This document shows positions 1 through 10,545 of a stretch of 64,000 nucleotides of DNA, piece by piece (the stretch's first letter is position 1; every line of letters begins with the position of its first letter). The DNA lies in contig CAWDPO010000011.1 of NCBI GenBank assembly GCA_963804165.1, positions 32,001 to 96,000 on the forward strand. Reading direction: 5' to 3'. The position numbers and the translations under genes are program-made. The notes below the pieces were generated by a model that was given only the letters and a program-made list of their open reading frames with translations, did not search any database and was not told where the DNA came from. The stretch comes from an uncultured delta proteobacterium (GTDB lineage Bacteria > Desulfobacterota > Binatia > UBA9968).

Positions 1-108
1 TTGGGCCAGGGATTTGTTCTTGCAGCCCAATTGCCGATGGACCAGAGCGGCAAATGCTTCGCGCATGAGAACGGCAAATTGGTGGATGAGTTGTCCAGAG
101 AAGGATGA
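1..108 (+). CDS. 3' end of an upstream gene (partial, unassigned)
   Basis: Frame 1 is open from base 1 to TGA at 106-108, same strand as the following gene. Confidence 0.4.
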   Translation: MGQGFVLAAQLPMDQSGKCFAHENGKLVDELSREG

Positions 109-111
109 AGA

Positions 112-139
112 AGGCGTGAGGCTTGAGGCGAGAGGCGCG
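112..139. repeat. 7-bp tandem repeat AGGCNNG x4
   Basis: aggcgtg aggcttg aggcgag aggcgcg in the intergenic region. Confidence 0.6.
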
Positions 140-156
140 AGTACGAGGGACGGAAG

Positions 157-1176
157 ATGACAGTGATCGATGCGGATGCGCATGTGATTGAGAATGAGTC
201 GACGTGGGATTACATGCTCGAATCCGAGCGGCAGTTCAAACCGAAAGTCGTTGGTGCTACCAACGCTAAAGATCCGTTCGATTACTGGATGGTGGATGGA
301 CGGGTCATTCCGCGCAATAACGTCGGCAGAGATCTGCCGGTGGCGGCGCGCGAAATGACCGACCTCACGGTACGCATCAAGCACATGGACGAGTTGGGGA
401 TCGATTGCCAGGTGATCTATCCGACATTTTTTATTACTCCGGTGAGCCGGCGGCCGGACATCGATCTCGCCGTAGCGCGCAGCTACAACCGCTGGATGGC
501 GGCTATCGTCAAAAAACAACCGGATCGTTTTCGTTGGGTCTTGGTGCCACCGTTGCAGAGCACGGAGCATCTTTCTGAAGAGTTGAAGTTCGGCAAGGAG
601 AATGGTGCCTGCGGTATCTACATGCGCGGCCTGGAAGTCGAGCGCATGCTCAGCGATCCGTATTTCTATCCGTTGTACGAGCAAGCGGCCGCGTTGGATT
701 TGCCGGTTTGTGTACATTCCGCCAACGGCGCCTTTACGACCTACGATTTCTTCGCCGACGACCCCGGCTTCTCTAAATTCAAGCTCGCGGTGATCGGCGC
801 ATTCCATTCACTGGTCTTTCACGGCATACCGCAGCGCTTCCCCAAGCTACGCATCGGTATCATCGAAGTGAGCGCGCAGTGGATTCCCTACGCGCTCCAT
901 GATTTATCGCGGCGCTTCGCTCGGCGCGGCCGACCGTTTCCAAAAAACGTTCTCAAAGAGAACAGAATCTATGTGACGTGCCAGACTGATGATGATCTTG
1001 ACCATGTGCTCGGCTACGCGGGGGAGGATAATCTGGTGATCGGCACCGATTACGGCCACGCGGATAACGCCGCGGAGATCGAGGCGCTGCGCAAGTTGCG
1101 CAACGATGGCAAGCTGCCCGGCCGGGTGATCGACAAGATTCTCGACGATAATCCGCGCGCGCTGTACGCGATATAG
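157..1176 (+). CDS. Amidohydrolase family protein (Amidohydro_2, LigW/ACMSD-like)
   Basis: IDADAH metal motif, YNRWMA, PVCVH, GTDYGH. Confidence 0.88.
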   Translation: MTVIDADAHVIENESTWDYMLESERQFKPKVVGATNAKDPFDYWMVDGRVIPRNNVGRDLPVAAREMTDLTVRIKHMDELGIDCQVIYPTFFITPVSRRPDIDLAVARSYNRWMAAIVKKQPDRFRWVLVPPLQSTEHLSEELKFGKENGACGIYMRGLEVERMLSDPYFYPLYEQAAALDLPVCVHSANGAFTTYDFFADDPGFSKFKLAVIGAFHSLVFHGIPQRFPKLRIGIIEVSAQWIPYALHDLSRRFARRGRPFPKNVLKENRIYVTCQTDDDLDHVLGYAGEDNLVIGTDYGHADNAAEIEALRKLRNDGKLPGRVIDKILDDNPRALYAI

Positions 1177-1209
1177 AGTCTGTGTAGAAATTGACGACAG
1201 TACCATTGG

Positions 1210-1292
1210 TGTCATGCTGAGCGCAGCGAAGCATCTTTTCTTTTCAGCGACTTTGCAAAATCGAGATTCTTCGGCTTCGCCTCAGAATGACA
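1210..1292. repeat. REP-like inverted pair (TGTCAT...GAGC...GCGAAG / CTTCG...CTCAGAATGACA)
   Basis: Imperfect inverted repeat; related sequence at 7899-7965. Confidence 0.7.
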
Positions 1293-1336
1293 GTTGCCGA
1301 CACAGTCTTCATCACTTGATTCTGGAGGTTTGAACC

Positions 1337-2374
1337 ATGTTCACCATCGACGCCGACGCGCACGTGATCGAGTGCGAGAAGACTTGGGACTATTTGGAAG
1401 GTAGCGACAAGCGCTACCGCCCGGTGCCCATTCAAGTAGATATGCCGACGGGTAAGAGGCAGAACTTTTGGATCATCGGCGGGCGCTTGATCGGTGGGCG
1501 CGACAACGTCGGGCAGGATACTGCGAAAGAGTCGCGCGAGATGGCGAACATCGATTCGCGCTTGAAGCACATGGACGAGATCGGCACGGGCGTTCAGGTG
1601 CTCTATCCGACGCTGTTCCTGCGGCCGGTCACCGACAATCCGCGCATCGAGCTGGCGCTCTGCCGTTCTTACAATCGTTGGATGGCCGATATCTGGTCGA
1701 AGGACAAAAAGCGTCTGCGCTGGGCGGTGCAGTTGCCGCTTTTGACCATGGACAAAGCGCTCGACGAGCTGCGCTGGTCGCACGGCAACGGTGCCTGCGC
1801 GGTTTTTGTCCGCGGCATCGAAACCCACCATACGCTGCACGATCCCTATTTTTTCCCGCTCTATGAGGAAGCCAGCCGGCTCAATATGCCGATCGGCATT
1901 CACTCCGGCATCGGTAACTTCACCGTCAATGAAATGCTCGGCGGCGAGCCGTTCCGCGTCGCCAAGCTGATCGTCATCGGCGGTTTTCACTCCATGATTC
2001 TGAACGGCATCCCGGAGAAGTTTCCCAAACTGCGCATCGGCGCGATTGAAGTTGCCGCGCAGTGGGTGCCGTATTTAGTGCATGATCTGAACTTGCGATT
2101 CCCAAAACTCGAAGGCAAGGAAGCGCGGCCTGATGTTCTCAGCGGCAGCCATCAATTATTCGTCGCCTGCCAGACCGACGATGACTTGCCTTATGTGCTC
2201 AAGTACGCCGGTGAGAATTGCCTGATGATCGGCTCTGACTACGGCCACGCCGACAACGCCAGCGAGTTGCTGGCATTGGCGAAACTCAAAGACAACGGCG
2301 AGATCGATCCGAAGGTGATTGACAAGATCCTTTACCAAAATCCGGCGAAGTTTTACGGGTTGGATCAGGATTAG
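1337..2374 (+). CDS. Amidohydrolase family protein, tandem paralog of 157..1176
   Basis: IDADAH, YNRWMA, CQTDDDL, GSDYGH; RBS GGAGG. Confidence 0.88.
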   Translation: MFTIDADAHVIECEKTWDYLEGSDKRYRPVPIQVDMPTGKRQNFWIIGGRLIGGRDNVGQDTAKESREMANIDSRLKHMDEIGTGVQVLYPTLFLRPVTDNPRIELALCRSYNRWMADIWSKDKKRLRWAVQLPLLTMDKALDELRWSHGNGACAVFVRGIETHHTLHDPYFFPLYEEASRLNMPIGIHSGIGNFTVNEMLGGEPFRVAKLIVIGGFHSMILNGIPEKFPKLRIGAIEVAAQWVPYLVHDLNLRFPKLEGKEARPDVLSGSHQLFVACQTDDDLPYVLKYAGENCLMIGSDYGHADNASELLALAKLKDNGEIDPKVIDKILYQNPAKFYGLDQD

Positions 2375-2433
2375 AGCCGTGTTCGTGACGCGTGATCGTG
2401 TGAGAATAATTCGGAGCGCAGGGTGCATTCCGA

Positions 2434-2525
2434 GCCTTTCCCCTCGATGGGGAAAGGTTGGATAGGGGTGCTGCCAGCAAATACAAATCACCCCTTCCTT
2501 TGTCTTCCCCGTCGAGGGGAAGGAT
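2434..2525. repeat. CCCTCCCC/GGGGAGG-type palindromic REP-like element
   Basis: tttcccctcgatggggaaagg...ttccccgtcgagggggaagg; similar element at 51846-51894. Confidence 0.6.
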
Positions 2526-2588
2526 CATCCGGCTCAGGGGCGCTGTGAAAATGCCAATCAAATGTAAACGATGGACTGAGGAAATTAG

Positions 2589-3734
2589 ATGAGCGATGCT
2601 TTTGATCTCTTACTGGCTGGCGGCACGGTTCTCAATCCGGCGACAAAGCTGAATCAGAAATTGGACGTCGGCGTCACCGGGGATCGGATCACGGCTATCC
2701 AAGCAAATCTTCCCCGCACCAACGCCAAGAAAACTTTGGATGTCACCGGATGCTACGTTACTCCTGGCCTCATCGATTTCCACGTGCACAGCTATTGGGG
2801 AGTGAATCCTTACGGCTGCAATCTAGACTCGCTCTGCCTCGCCACGGGCGTGACGACTACAATGGACGCCGGTTCCGCCGGCCCGGTAAATTTTCTTGGG
2901 TTCCGAAAATTGGTCTATGAGCAATCCAAGACTCGGATGCTCGGATTTGTCGCACTGGCGCAGCATGGCGTCTTGAATACTCCGGGCGAGTTGCTCAATC
3001 TCGGGTTTGCCGATTCGGACGGCGCCGCTGAATCCGTTGGCAATAACCGCGATATCGGCGTCGGTATCAAAGTTCGGCTGCATAAAAAATCCATCGGTGA
3101 TAACAGTCGGGAAGCGTTGCGGTTGGCGATCAAAGCCGGCGAAGCGACGCGCACGCCGATTATGGTTCACGTCGGCGACACGGCGATCGGCATGGATGAA
3201 ATCGCCGATACGCTACGGCCGGGCGATATCATCACGCACTGCTATACGCCGCAGCGCCCATCGATCATTGACGAGTCAGGCAAACTTCTGCCGTTGGTTC
3301 GCAAGGCCAAAGAGCGCGGCGTGATCTTCGATGTCGGCCACGCCGGTGGCCATTTTGATTTCAATCTCGTGCAGCGCGCCATGGGCGAGGGCATCATCCC
3401 CGACGTCATCAGCTCGGACCTGCATGGCCGGTTGGCGCAGCCGGGCTTCGGCGTCGTCGGGGATTTGCCGACGGTGCTGACCAAGTTTTTGCCGCTGGGT
3501 TTGAGCTTCGAGCAGATCATTGCCAACTGTACGATCAATGCCGCCCGATCGGTGGGTTGGCAAGATCGCATCGGTAGTCTCGAAGTCGGACGCGAGGCGG
3601 ACATTGCCGTGCTGCAGATTCTCGATGATCCGGTCACGCTGCGCGATTCGGTCGGCGCCGAGAAGTTGCACAGGCAGCGTATCGCGGCGAAGTGGACGCT
3701 GCGTGGCGGCGAGTTGTTTCAAGGGAGAGGATAG
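2589..3734 (+). CDS. Amidohydrolase/deacetylase family metallohydrolase (dihydroorotase-like)
   Basis: PGLIDFHVH, GIKVR, MVH, THC, DVGH, ISSDLH, ADIAVL. Confidence 0.88.
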   Translation: MSDAFDLLLAGGTVLNPATKLNQKLDVGVTGDRITAIQANLPRTNAKKTLDVTGCYVTPGLIDFHVHSYWGVNPYGCNLDSLCLATGVTTTMDAGSAGPVNFLGFRKLVYEQSKTRMLGFVALAQHGVLNTPGELLNLGFADSDGAAESVGNNRDIGVGIKVRLHKKSIGDNSREALRLAIKAGEATRTPIMVHVGDTAIGMDEIADTLRPGDIITHCYTPQRPSIIDESGKLLPLVRKAKERGVIFDVGHAGGHFDFNLVQRAMGEGIIPDVISSDLHGRLAQPGFGVVGDLPTVLTKFLPLGLSFEQIIANCTINAARSVGWQDRIGSLEVGREADIAVLQILDDPVTLRDSVGAEKLHRQRIAAKWTLRGGELFQGRG

Positions 3735-3812
3735 AGAACTTTCGTACGGTTTATTGACGCAATTTCAGTAAGGGCGCTGCCCATGTGCTTACATCGGTTT
3801 GGAGGGTATGAA

Positions 3813-4844
3813 ATGCGAAAAGCACTTCTTTTTTTGTTTGTAATCGTTATTGGAACGAGCGGCCGCGCTGCCGCGCAGACGCCTTATTATCAAGGCAAGG
3901 CAATTACCATCATAACCGGCAGCCAGACGGGCGACGTTTTCGATATTTATGCGCGGATGATCGCGACACACATGGGAAAGCATATTCCCGGCAATCCCAA
4001 CATCGTCGTGCAGAACATGACGGGCGCGGGCCATATCGTTGCGGCGAATTACGTCTACAGCGTCGCCAAACCCGACGGCATCACTCTGCTTGCTCCCAAT
4101 CCGAACCTTTACGTCGATCAACTGATCGGCCGATCTGAGATCAAATTCGATTGGGCAAAATTTTCCTGGCTTGGTAATGCGCAGCGCACGACGGACATGC
4201 TTTACATGCGCACCGATGCTCCCTTCAAAACCATGGAAGATGTGCGCAGCGCCAAGGAGCCGCCTAAATGCGGCGCCACCGGAACCGGAACCACCGGATT
4301 TATGGTACCGCGACTGTTGGAGGAAACCATCGGCGCGAAGTTCAATGTCATCACGGGCTATAAAGGCGGTAACGAAGTCGACCTGGCTGTCGAGCGAGGT
4401 GAGATTCAGTGCCGGGCGTTCAGTGTTACCGCGTTCTTCGCTCGTGAGCCGTTTCATACCTGGCGAAAAACTAACTTCGCTCGCGCCATCATCCAGCTCG
4501 GTAAAAGTAGGGATAGCCGGTTGCCCGACGTGGTGACGCTCAATGAATTGATGGAAAAGTATAAAACTCCTGAAATCGGCCGTCGGGTGGCTCTGGTGGT
4601 GACGGCGTCGGAAATCTTTCAACGCCCGTACACGGGACCGCCCGGCATGCGCCCAGACCTTGTCAAGATCCTTCGCGAAGCGTTTCAAAAGACTCTTAAG
4701 GACAGTGCATTCTTGGAGGAAGTGAAAAGCAAAAAGCTCGATGCCGAGTTCACATCCGGCGAAGAGATGGAATCTATGGCCAAGGAGATGATGTCGCAGC
4801 GGCCGGAGGTCATCGAACGACTCAAGAAAGTTTTGGGAAATTGA
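3813..4844 (+). CDS. Bug/TctC-family solute-binding protein (orphan)
   Basis: Signal peptide, PGNPNIVVQNMTGAG, KPDG, GYKGGNE; RBS GGAGG before ATG 3813. Confidence 0.85.
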   Translation: MRKALLFLFVIVIGTSGRAAAQTPYYQGKAITIITGSQTGDVFDIYARMIATHMGKHIPGNPNIVVQNMTGAGHIVAANYVYSVAKPDGITLLAPNPNLYVDQLIGRSEIKFDWAKFSWLGNAQRTTDMLYMRTDAPFKTMEDVRSAKEPPKCGATGTGTTGFMVPRLLEETIGAKFNVITGYKGGNEVDLAVERGEIQCRAFSVTAFFAREPFHTWRKTNFARAIIQLGKSRDSRLPDVVTLNELMEKYKTPEIGRRVALVVTASEIFQRPYTGPPGMRPDLVKILREAFQKTLKDSAFLEEVKSKKLDAEFTSGEEMESMAKEMMSQRPEVIERLKKVLGN

Positions 4845-4908
4845 GTGGCAAGTACAATTGTCGGTGTCGGGGCACCGCTTGTCCTGGTCTCACACTTGGA
4901 GGTTTATC

Positions 4909-5616
4909 ATGGGCTCATCTTGGGAAAATGTAGACGTCGATAACTCGAAGATGCGCGTCTACCTCAGCCAGCCGGAGAGTTCGCGGCCGGCGCCGGCGGT
5001 GATTGTCGTGCAAGGCCAGACCGGCGTCGATGATTTTCTTAAATTCTCGGATATGGTGGCACGCGAGGGATTCATTGCCGCGGCGCTGGACTTTTATCAT
5101 CGCGACCCGCCGGACTGTAAAGACGATCCGCCGACACGGCGTATGCGGCTGCGCGATTCAACCGTCGTTCAAGACGTCAATGCGACAGTGAGCTTTCTCA
5201 AGTCGCACAAGTCGGTCGATCCGGGCAAGATCGGCATCGTCGGCTTCTGCATGGGCGGGCGGGTCGTGTATCTGATGTCTTCGGTAAATCCGGATATTAA
5301 AGCCGGCGTGATGTACTACGGCGGGGATCCATTTTCGGCGTGGGGAGAGGGCTTATCTCCCTTTGACCGGACTAAAGAGATTCACTGCCCGATCATGGGT
5401 CACTTCGGTGAGGATGATCAGAATCCATCGCCGGCAGATATGAAAAAACTCGATGCCGAGTTGACGAAATTCCAAAAGCCGCATGAATTTTACTCCTATC
5501 CCAATGCCGCTCACGCTTTTGCCAATTTCGGCTCAGGCAATTACCGCGAGCATGCGGCGAACGCTTCCTGGCCGAGGACGTTTGGCTTTTTCGCGAAGCA
5601 GCTAAAGGGGGAGTGA
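4909..5616 (+). CDS. Dienelactone hydrolase family protein
   Basis: GFCMGG nucleophile motif, GEDD, AHAF; RBS GGAGG before ATG 4909. Confidence 0.9.
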   Translation: MGSSWENVDVDNSKMRVYLSQPESSRPAPAVIVVQGQTGVDDFLKFSDMVAREGFIAAALDFYHRDPPDCKDDPPTRRMRLRDSTVVQDVNATVSFLKSHKSVDPGKIGIVGFCMGGRVVYLMSSVNPDIKAGVMYYGGDPFSAWGEGLSPFDRTKEIHCPIMGHFGEDDQNPSPADMKKLDAELTKFQKPHEFYSYPNAAHAFANFGSGNYREHAANASWPRTFGFFAKQLKGE

Positions 5617-5628
5617 ACGGCCCAAAGT

Positions 5629-5664
5629 GCTCAAACAGTTCAAGCCGTCCAAAACGTTCAAGTC
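5629..5664. repeat. 9-bp tandem array (GTTCAAnnC family)
   Basis: GCTCAAACA GTTCAAGCC GTCCAAAAC GTTCAAGTC. Confidence 0.75.
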
Positions 5665-5724
5665 GTTGACATAGGTCGACAGAATGTACTAGACCAGCAC
5701 CTCACGAAGAGAGGAGGATCCGAG

Positions 5725-6768
5725 ATGAAACACTCGCTAGATTTTCCGTCTTCTTACCTGTCTATGAGGACCGGCCGTAAGCTAGCTCTCCTCATCATAA
5801 TAGCCGCTGCGCTTCTCTCGCCTGGCTTTCTCCAGGCGCAGGCGCTTAAGAAAGTTCCTTTCCCATTCTCGCCCATCGGTCTCAATTGTCTTCCGTGGTT
5901 TGTCGCCAAGGACGCGCGCCTTTCGGAAAAGTACGGTATCGATCTCGATCCGATTTTCATCGGCGCCTCGTCGGCGCTCTTCCAATCGATGTTGTCGGGA
6001 GCCGCGGAAATGTCCGGTTCCGGCGGACCGGCGATTATCGCTAATGTCCTTAGTGGCGGCGACGTGATTCATGTCACGGCGATGGTGCCGCGGTTTACCC
6101 AGTCTGTGATGGTCAAGTCGGAGATCAAACGGCCCGAAGATATGGCGAATAAAAAGATCGGCGTGAGCCGTCTGGGAACCGTCACCCATTTCGCGCTCCA
6201 GACGGCTTTGGACGGTTACGGGGTAAAAAACGTAACGATACTGCAGATGGGCGGGCAGCCTGAAGCCTACGCCGGTCTAGCGCGCGGCTCGGTCGACGGC
6301 GCGGTTTTCTCGCCGCCTTATAATTTTCAACTTAAGAAGCAAGGATACAATGAGCTGGTGTCGCCCAACGATCTCAAGAAGTTTACCGACTTCATTACCA
6401 ATGGCATTGTTGCGCGCCGCTCAGTGGTGGAGAAAGACAAGGACACGGTTATCCGAGTCATCAAAGTCACTGCGGAAGCCATTAAGCTTATTCAGAGGGA
6501 CAAGGAGTACACGAAGAAAGTCATCATGAAATGGATGCCGATGAAAGACCCGGACTTGCTCGAGCAGGCCTATCTCTTTGCCGCGGAAAATTATGCGAAA
6601 GAAGGAATAGTCAACGAAGGAGCACTGCGCTCTATGGTCAAGCAAATGGTGCAGAGCAATCTTGTCGACGCCAAATTGGCGGCCAGCACGCCTGTTACGG
6701 CCTATTACGACAATCGCTATGTCGATGAGGTGAAACGTTCCGGATTTTTCGATCAGTTGTGGAGATAG
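5725..6768 (+). CDS. NitT/TauT (NMT1-like) ABC substrate-binding protein
   Basis: Signal peptide, KKIGVSRLG, VDGAV; true start may be slightly downstream. Confidence 0.85.
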   Translation: MKHSLDFPSSYLSMRTGRKLALLIIIAAALLSPGFLQAQALKKVPFPFSPIGLNCLPWFVAKDARLSEKYGIDLDPIFIGASSALFQSMLSGAAEMSGSGGPAIIANVLSGGDVIHVTAMVPRFTQSVMVKSEIKRPEDMANKKIGVSRLGTVTHFALQTALDGYGVKNVTILQMGGQPEAYAGLARGSVDGAVFSPPYNFQLKKQGYNELVSPNDLKKFTDFITNGIVARRSVVEKDKDTVIRVIKVTAEAIKLIQRDKEYTKKVIMKWMPMKDPDLLEQAYLFAAENYAKEGIVNEGALRSMVKQMVQSNLVDAKLAASTPVTAYYDNRYVDEVKRSGFFDQLWR

Positions 6769-6832
6769 CCGGAAAGGGTTCCTGCCTTTTTTAAATCCTT
6801 AAATGGTTATTAACGGTCGTCTGCGAAATCGG

Positions 6833-7831
6833 TTATGGCTTATATAGCCTGTCGATAAATCCTTCCTTTTCCAGTTCCGTCACGATGGAGTCGTCGACGA
6901 TGTCGTCGACTTTCACCGTCGAACCGGGTTTCTTAGACAGCGCCTCTTTGAGCTGAATATCCATGCCCTCGCGGGTGACGTAGGGCACGCGGTCGAAGAG
7001 TTTGGCGTTGATCTCGTAGGCGGCTTCTAAGTAGGACCCGTCATTGTGACGCGAATATTTGGCAAGAATATTTTTGCTTTCTTCTTTGCGCGTCTTAAAA
7101 AAGTGCACGCCCTCAGTCAGGGCCATGACCAGGCGTTTCACCGTTGGACGGTTGCTTGCCAAGTAATTCTTGGTTGTCGTGCCGCAGATGTAGGGGAATG
7201 GATAAGGCTTTTGAAATTCCGCGGTACTCACCAAGACCCGTTGCGGCATGCCTTGCGTAAGATGAAGCACTCCTGGAGGGGCGGGGAACGCGGCGATCCT
7301 GCCGGTGCGGAAAGCTGCAGCCCGTTCACCTGAGCCGCCCACTTGTATGATCGCCACGTCTTTGTCCGGTTCCAATCCAAGATGTCTGAGAAATACTCGC
7401 GCGATCACGTCCGACGAACTGCCGATGCGGCTGATGCCGATGCTTTTGCCACGCAATTGCTCTTTGGTTTTGATCGACTCTTGAACGATCAGCTCATACG
7501 GCAATGTATTCATGAAGCAGGCGACAGCGACGAGATTCGCGCCGCTGACCGCAGCGCTGGCGATCGTGCCGCCCGTGCCGTTACCGAATTTCAGTTGACC
7601 CGCGACGAGAACGGCAACGTTGGTCGAGGAAGCCGGAATAAAAATTGACTCGACGTCCAAGCCGTATTTCTTATAGAGACCTTTTTCCTGGGCGATATAC
7701 CAGTTGGCGCTCGGCGCGTCGACGGAGCTGTAGGAGACAGTGAGTTTTTCCTGGGCAGAAAGATTTGAATGGACCGCAAAGACCGCAAAGATTACAAACA
7801 GGAAAACACATTGGGATTTGACCTTGGCCAT
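6833..7831 (-). CDS. NitT/TauT ABC substrate-binding protein
   Basis: AQEKGLYKKYGLDVE, LRGKSIGISRIGSSSD; RBS GGAGG before ATG 7831. Confidence 0.87.
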   Translation of the reverse strand: MAKVKSQCVFLFVIFAVFAVHSNLSAQEKLTVSYSSVDAPSANWYIAQEKGLYKKYGLDVESIFIPASSTNVAVLVAGQLKFGNGTGGTIASAAVSGANLVAVACFMNTLPYELIVQESIKTKEQLRGKSIGISRIGSSSDVIARVFLRHLGLEPDKDVAIIQVGGSGERAAAFRTGRIAAFPAPPGVLHLTQGMPQRVLVSTAEFQKPYPFPYICGTTTKNYLASNRPTVKRLVMALTEGVHFFKTRKEESKNILAKYSRHNDGSYLEAAYEINAKLFDRVPYVTREGMDIQLKEALSKKPGSTVKVDDIVDDSIVTELEKEGFIDRLYKP

Positions 7832-7898
7832 AAGTCCTCCCTCTTCGGCGTGGCATCGTAATGGAATCCGAACGAGATGGGAAGACATTTTAACTGCT

Positions 7899-7965
7899 AG
7901 ATCCTTCACTTCGTTCAGGATGACAATACAGGTCAAGTGTCATTCTGAGCAAAAGCGAAGAATCT
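7899..7965. repeat. REP-like TGTCAT-family pair in outward orientation
   Basis: agatccttcacttcgttcaggatgaca and tgtcattctgagcaaaagcgaagaatct. Confidence 0.65.
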
Positions 7966-8123
7966 TTCTTTCTTCGGTTTTAACGATTAAATAATTCACT
8001 ATCCGGTAAGTAAAAGGGGCATTTCTACGGCACTGTTGACGATGGTTTCACTTCGTCGGATACTCTTTTTGCCGTTGCTACTCATTGATCCTATAGCTCT
8101 CTGACAGCAAAAGGAGACTCGCT

Positions 8124-8408
8124 ATGCTTTCAGCCATCGTGCTTTTAAACACTGAAAGAGACCAAACGAACAAGGTTGCGGAAACCCTTGCCGACACGGA
8201 TGGCGTCACGGAAGTCTATTCAGTCGCCGGACGCTACGATCTCGCCGCGATCGTTCGCGCCAGCGACAACGATCAACTCGCGAAAATCGTGACTGAACAT
8301 ATTCGCGCGGTGCCGGGCATCACGACTTCGGAAACGCTGATCGCTTTTCGCGTTTACTCGCGCCACGACTTGGAGCGGATGTTTTCCATCGGCATGGAAA
8401 AAGTCTAG
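8124..8408 (+). CDS. Lrp/AsnC ligand-binding domain protein (no HTH)
   Basis: GVTEVYSVAGRYDL, PGITTSETLIAF; RBS AAGGAG. Confidence 0.88.
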   Translation: MLSAIVLLNTERDQTNKVAETLADTDGVTEVYSVAGRYDLAAIVRASDNDQLAKIVTEHIRAVPGITTSETLIAFRVYSRHDLERMFSIGMEKV

Positions 8409-8536
8409 CCAGCGACTGAAAAAGCCTCATCTACTTCGTTGCGCTTGATCTCTTCGCGTCAACGTACAAGAGTACGCCTCCGCTCGTCGATTCTTCGCGC
8501 GCCTCGTATCTGAATCTTTTTGAGTCGCTGGCTAAG
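8405..8536. mobile_element. MITE-like element, family 2 (TIR CTAGC..GC.ACTGAAAAAG)
   Basis: ctagccagcgactgaaaaag ... ctttttgagtcgctggctaag; interior similar to 46476-46632. Confidence 0.7.
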
Positions 8537-8542
8537 AAATGA

Positions 8543-10036
8543 TCAACGTTGACGGACGAGTTTAACGATCAGGGGCACGATGAGCAGAAGGAAGGAGATC
8601 GCGAGAATCGATGCCGAGATCGGCTGCGTGATGAATACCGAGGCGTCGCCCTGGCTAATGGCAAGAGCGCGGCGCGCCTGGGTTTCGGCGAGCGGGCCGA
8701 GAATCAGGCCGATCACGGCCGGGGCTACGGGGATGTTCCAGCGGCGCATGACGAAGCCGAGTAAACCGAAGACATAAAGAATCATCAGATCGACTACAGA
8801 CTGATGCAGGCTATAAGCACCCAGCGTCGCAAATACCAATATTCCACCGTAAAGCAGCGGCCGTGGAATCGCCAACACCTTCACCCAAATCCCAACGAGC
8901 GGCAGGTTGAGGATCAACAGCAAAACATTGCCGATATATAGACTCGCGAGCAGGCCCCAAACTAGATCAGCCTGGGCTTGAAAGAGCATCGGACCGGGTT
9001 GAATGCCGTAGTTTTGAAATGCGCTAAGTAGAATCGCGGCGGTCGCCGAGGTCGGAATGCCGAGCGTTAAGAGTGGCACCAGCGCGCCGGTGACCGAAGC
9101 ATTGTTCGCCGCTTCCGGCCCGGCTACGCCTTCAATCGCTCCTTTGCCGAACTCTTCCGGATGTTTGGTTAGTTTTCTTTCGGTTGCATAGGATAGAAAA
9201 GTTGGAATCTCCGCGCCGCCCGCCGGAATTGAGCCGAACGGAAAACCGATCGCGGTCGCGCGTAGCCAGGCCGGCCACGAGCGCTGCCAATCTTCTTTCG
9301 ACATCCAGAGAGAGCCTTTGAGTTGTTCCAGTTTTTCTTCGAGCCGGCTCGAGTAGGCCGCGACGTAGAGCGCTTCGCCGACCGCGAACAGTCCCACGGC
9401 GAGCACGACCACGTCGATGCCGTCGAGCAACTCGGGTACGCCGAATGCAAACCGCGACCTTCCCGTTTGGCTGTCGATACCGACCACGCCCAAGAGCAGA
9501 CCGAGAAATAAGCTCGTCAATCCACGCACGGTGGAGCTGCCGATGACTGCTGCAACGGTTGTAAATGCGAAGATCATCAGCGCGAAATATTCGGCCGGCC
9601 CGAATTTCAAAGCCAGTTCGACGACGATCGGCGCAAGCAGCGTAACGAGTATGGTCGCAATGGTGCCGGCGACGAAGGAGCCGATGGCGCTGGTGGCGAG
9701 CGCCGGACCGGCGCGGCCTTTTTTTGCCATCAAGTTACCTTCGAGGGCTGTGGCGATGGACGCGGATTCTCCAGGTGTGTTGAGCAGGATCGTCGTTGTC
9801 GAGCCGCCGTACATGGCGCCGTAGTAGATGCCCGCGAACATAATGAGCGCCCCGGTGGGATCCAGTTTAATGGTGAGAGGCATGAGCATGGCGACAGTGA
9901 GCGCCGGGCCGACCCCGGGGAGGACGCCGATGAAAGTGCCGAGCGTAACGCCGATGAAACCCCAGAGAAGATTGATCGGCGTCAGCGCGATGCTGAATCC
10001 ATGCAGCAATGAATTAAAGGCGTCGGGCATCGGCAA
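8543..10036 (-). CDS. tctA: Tripartite tricarboxylate transporter permease TctA
   Basis: [31 protein letters not shown]. Confidence 0.95.
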   Translation of the reverse strand: MPMPDAFNSLLHGFSIALTPINLLWGFIGVTLGTFIGVLPGVGPALTVAMLMPLTIKLDPTGALIMFAGIYYGAMYGGSTTTILLNTPGESASIATALEGNLMAKKGRAGPALATSAIGSFVAGTIATILVTLLAPIVVELALKFGPAEYFALMIFAFTTVAAVIGSSTVRGLTSLFLGLLLGVVGIDSQTGRSRFAFGVPELLDGIDVVVLAVGLFAVGEALYVAAYSSRLEEKLEQLKGSLWMSKEDWQRSWPAWLRATAIGFPFGSIPAGGAEIPTFLSYATERKLTKHPEEFGKGAIEGVAGPEAANNASVTGALVPLLTLGIPTSATAAILLSAFQNYGIQPGPMLFQAQADLVWGLLASLYIGNVLLLILNLPLVGIWVKVLAIPRPLLYGGILVFATLGAYSLHQSVVDLMILYVFGLLGFVMRRWNIPVAPAVIGLILGPLAETQARRALAISQGDASVFITQPISASILAISFLLLIVPLIVKLVRQR

Positions 10037-10537
10037 TCAAATGCCCGCGCCGCCGAGGAGTGGCTGCAGCCAGCCGGCGGGAAGATTGACGTTCAAAAAT
10101 TTTACGAAGAACAGAAATACCCCCAGACCCAGGATAAGGCCGATGGCGAAATCACGCGGCAACTTCGAGCTGCCGAATCCGCGCGCCACACAGGTAAAGA
10201 GCACTGCTTGCGCGAGCACGAATCCCGCGGTGTGGATCAGAAGGATTTGCGCGAACAGACCGGCGCTGACCCAGATAAACGCGCCGGCATGAAAGGGATG
10301 TTCGCCGCGCTCCGCGGCATCGTCCGGAATAGCATTACGCCAGCCGCCGGATAGAGCCTCGTAGGTTAACCATAGGCCGAGCAGAATTAAACCGCCGGCG
10401 ATCACTGCGGGCGCGGCATTTGGCCCCACGCGCGCGTAGCCGCCGGCGCTCGATAATTGTGACGCTCCCACGGCAACCCCAATCCCCAAGGCGAGTACGG
10501 CCAAGGAGAGAATGAGGTCCGCGGGTTTGGCTTTCAT
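10037..10537 (-). CDS. tctB: TctB family small membrane subunit
   Basis: Four TM segments, VGP, LNVNLPAG; lies between tctC and tctA. Confidence 0.9.
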   Translation of the reverse strand: MKAKPADLILSLAVLALGIGVAVGASQLSSAGGYARVGPNAAPAVIAGGLILLGLWLTYEALSGGWRNAIPDDAAERGEHPFHAGAFIWVSAGLFAQILLIHTAGFVLAQAVLFTCVARGFGSSKLPRDFAIGLILGLGVFLFFVKFLNVNLPAGWLQPLLGGAGI

Positions 10538-10545
10538 GTTGCTTC

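Noticed and set aside
3789-4688. Long antisense ORFs (e.g. 1244..1990, 3789..4688, 13873..14790, 18310..19200, 27462..28238, 59030..59809)
   Set aside because: Shadow frames of well-supported GC-rich genes with no recognisable motifs
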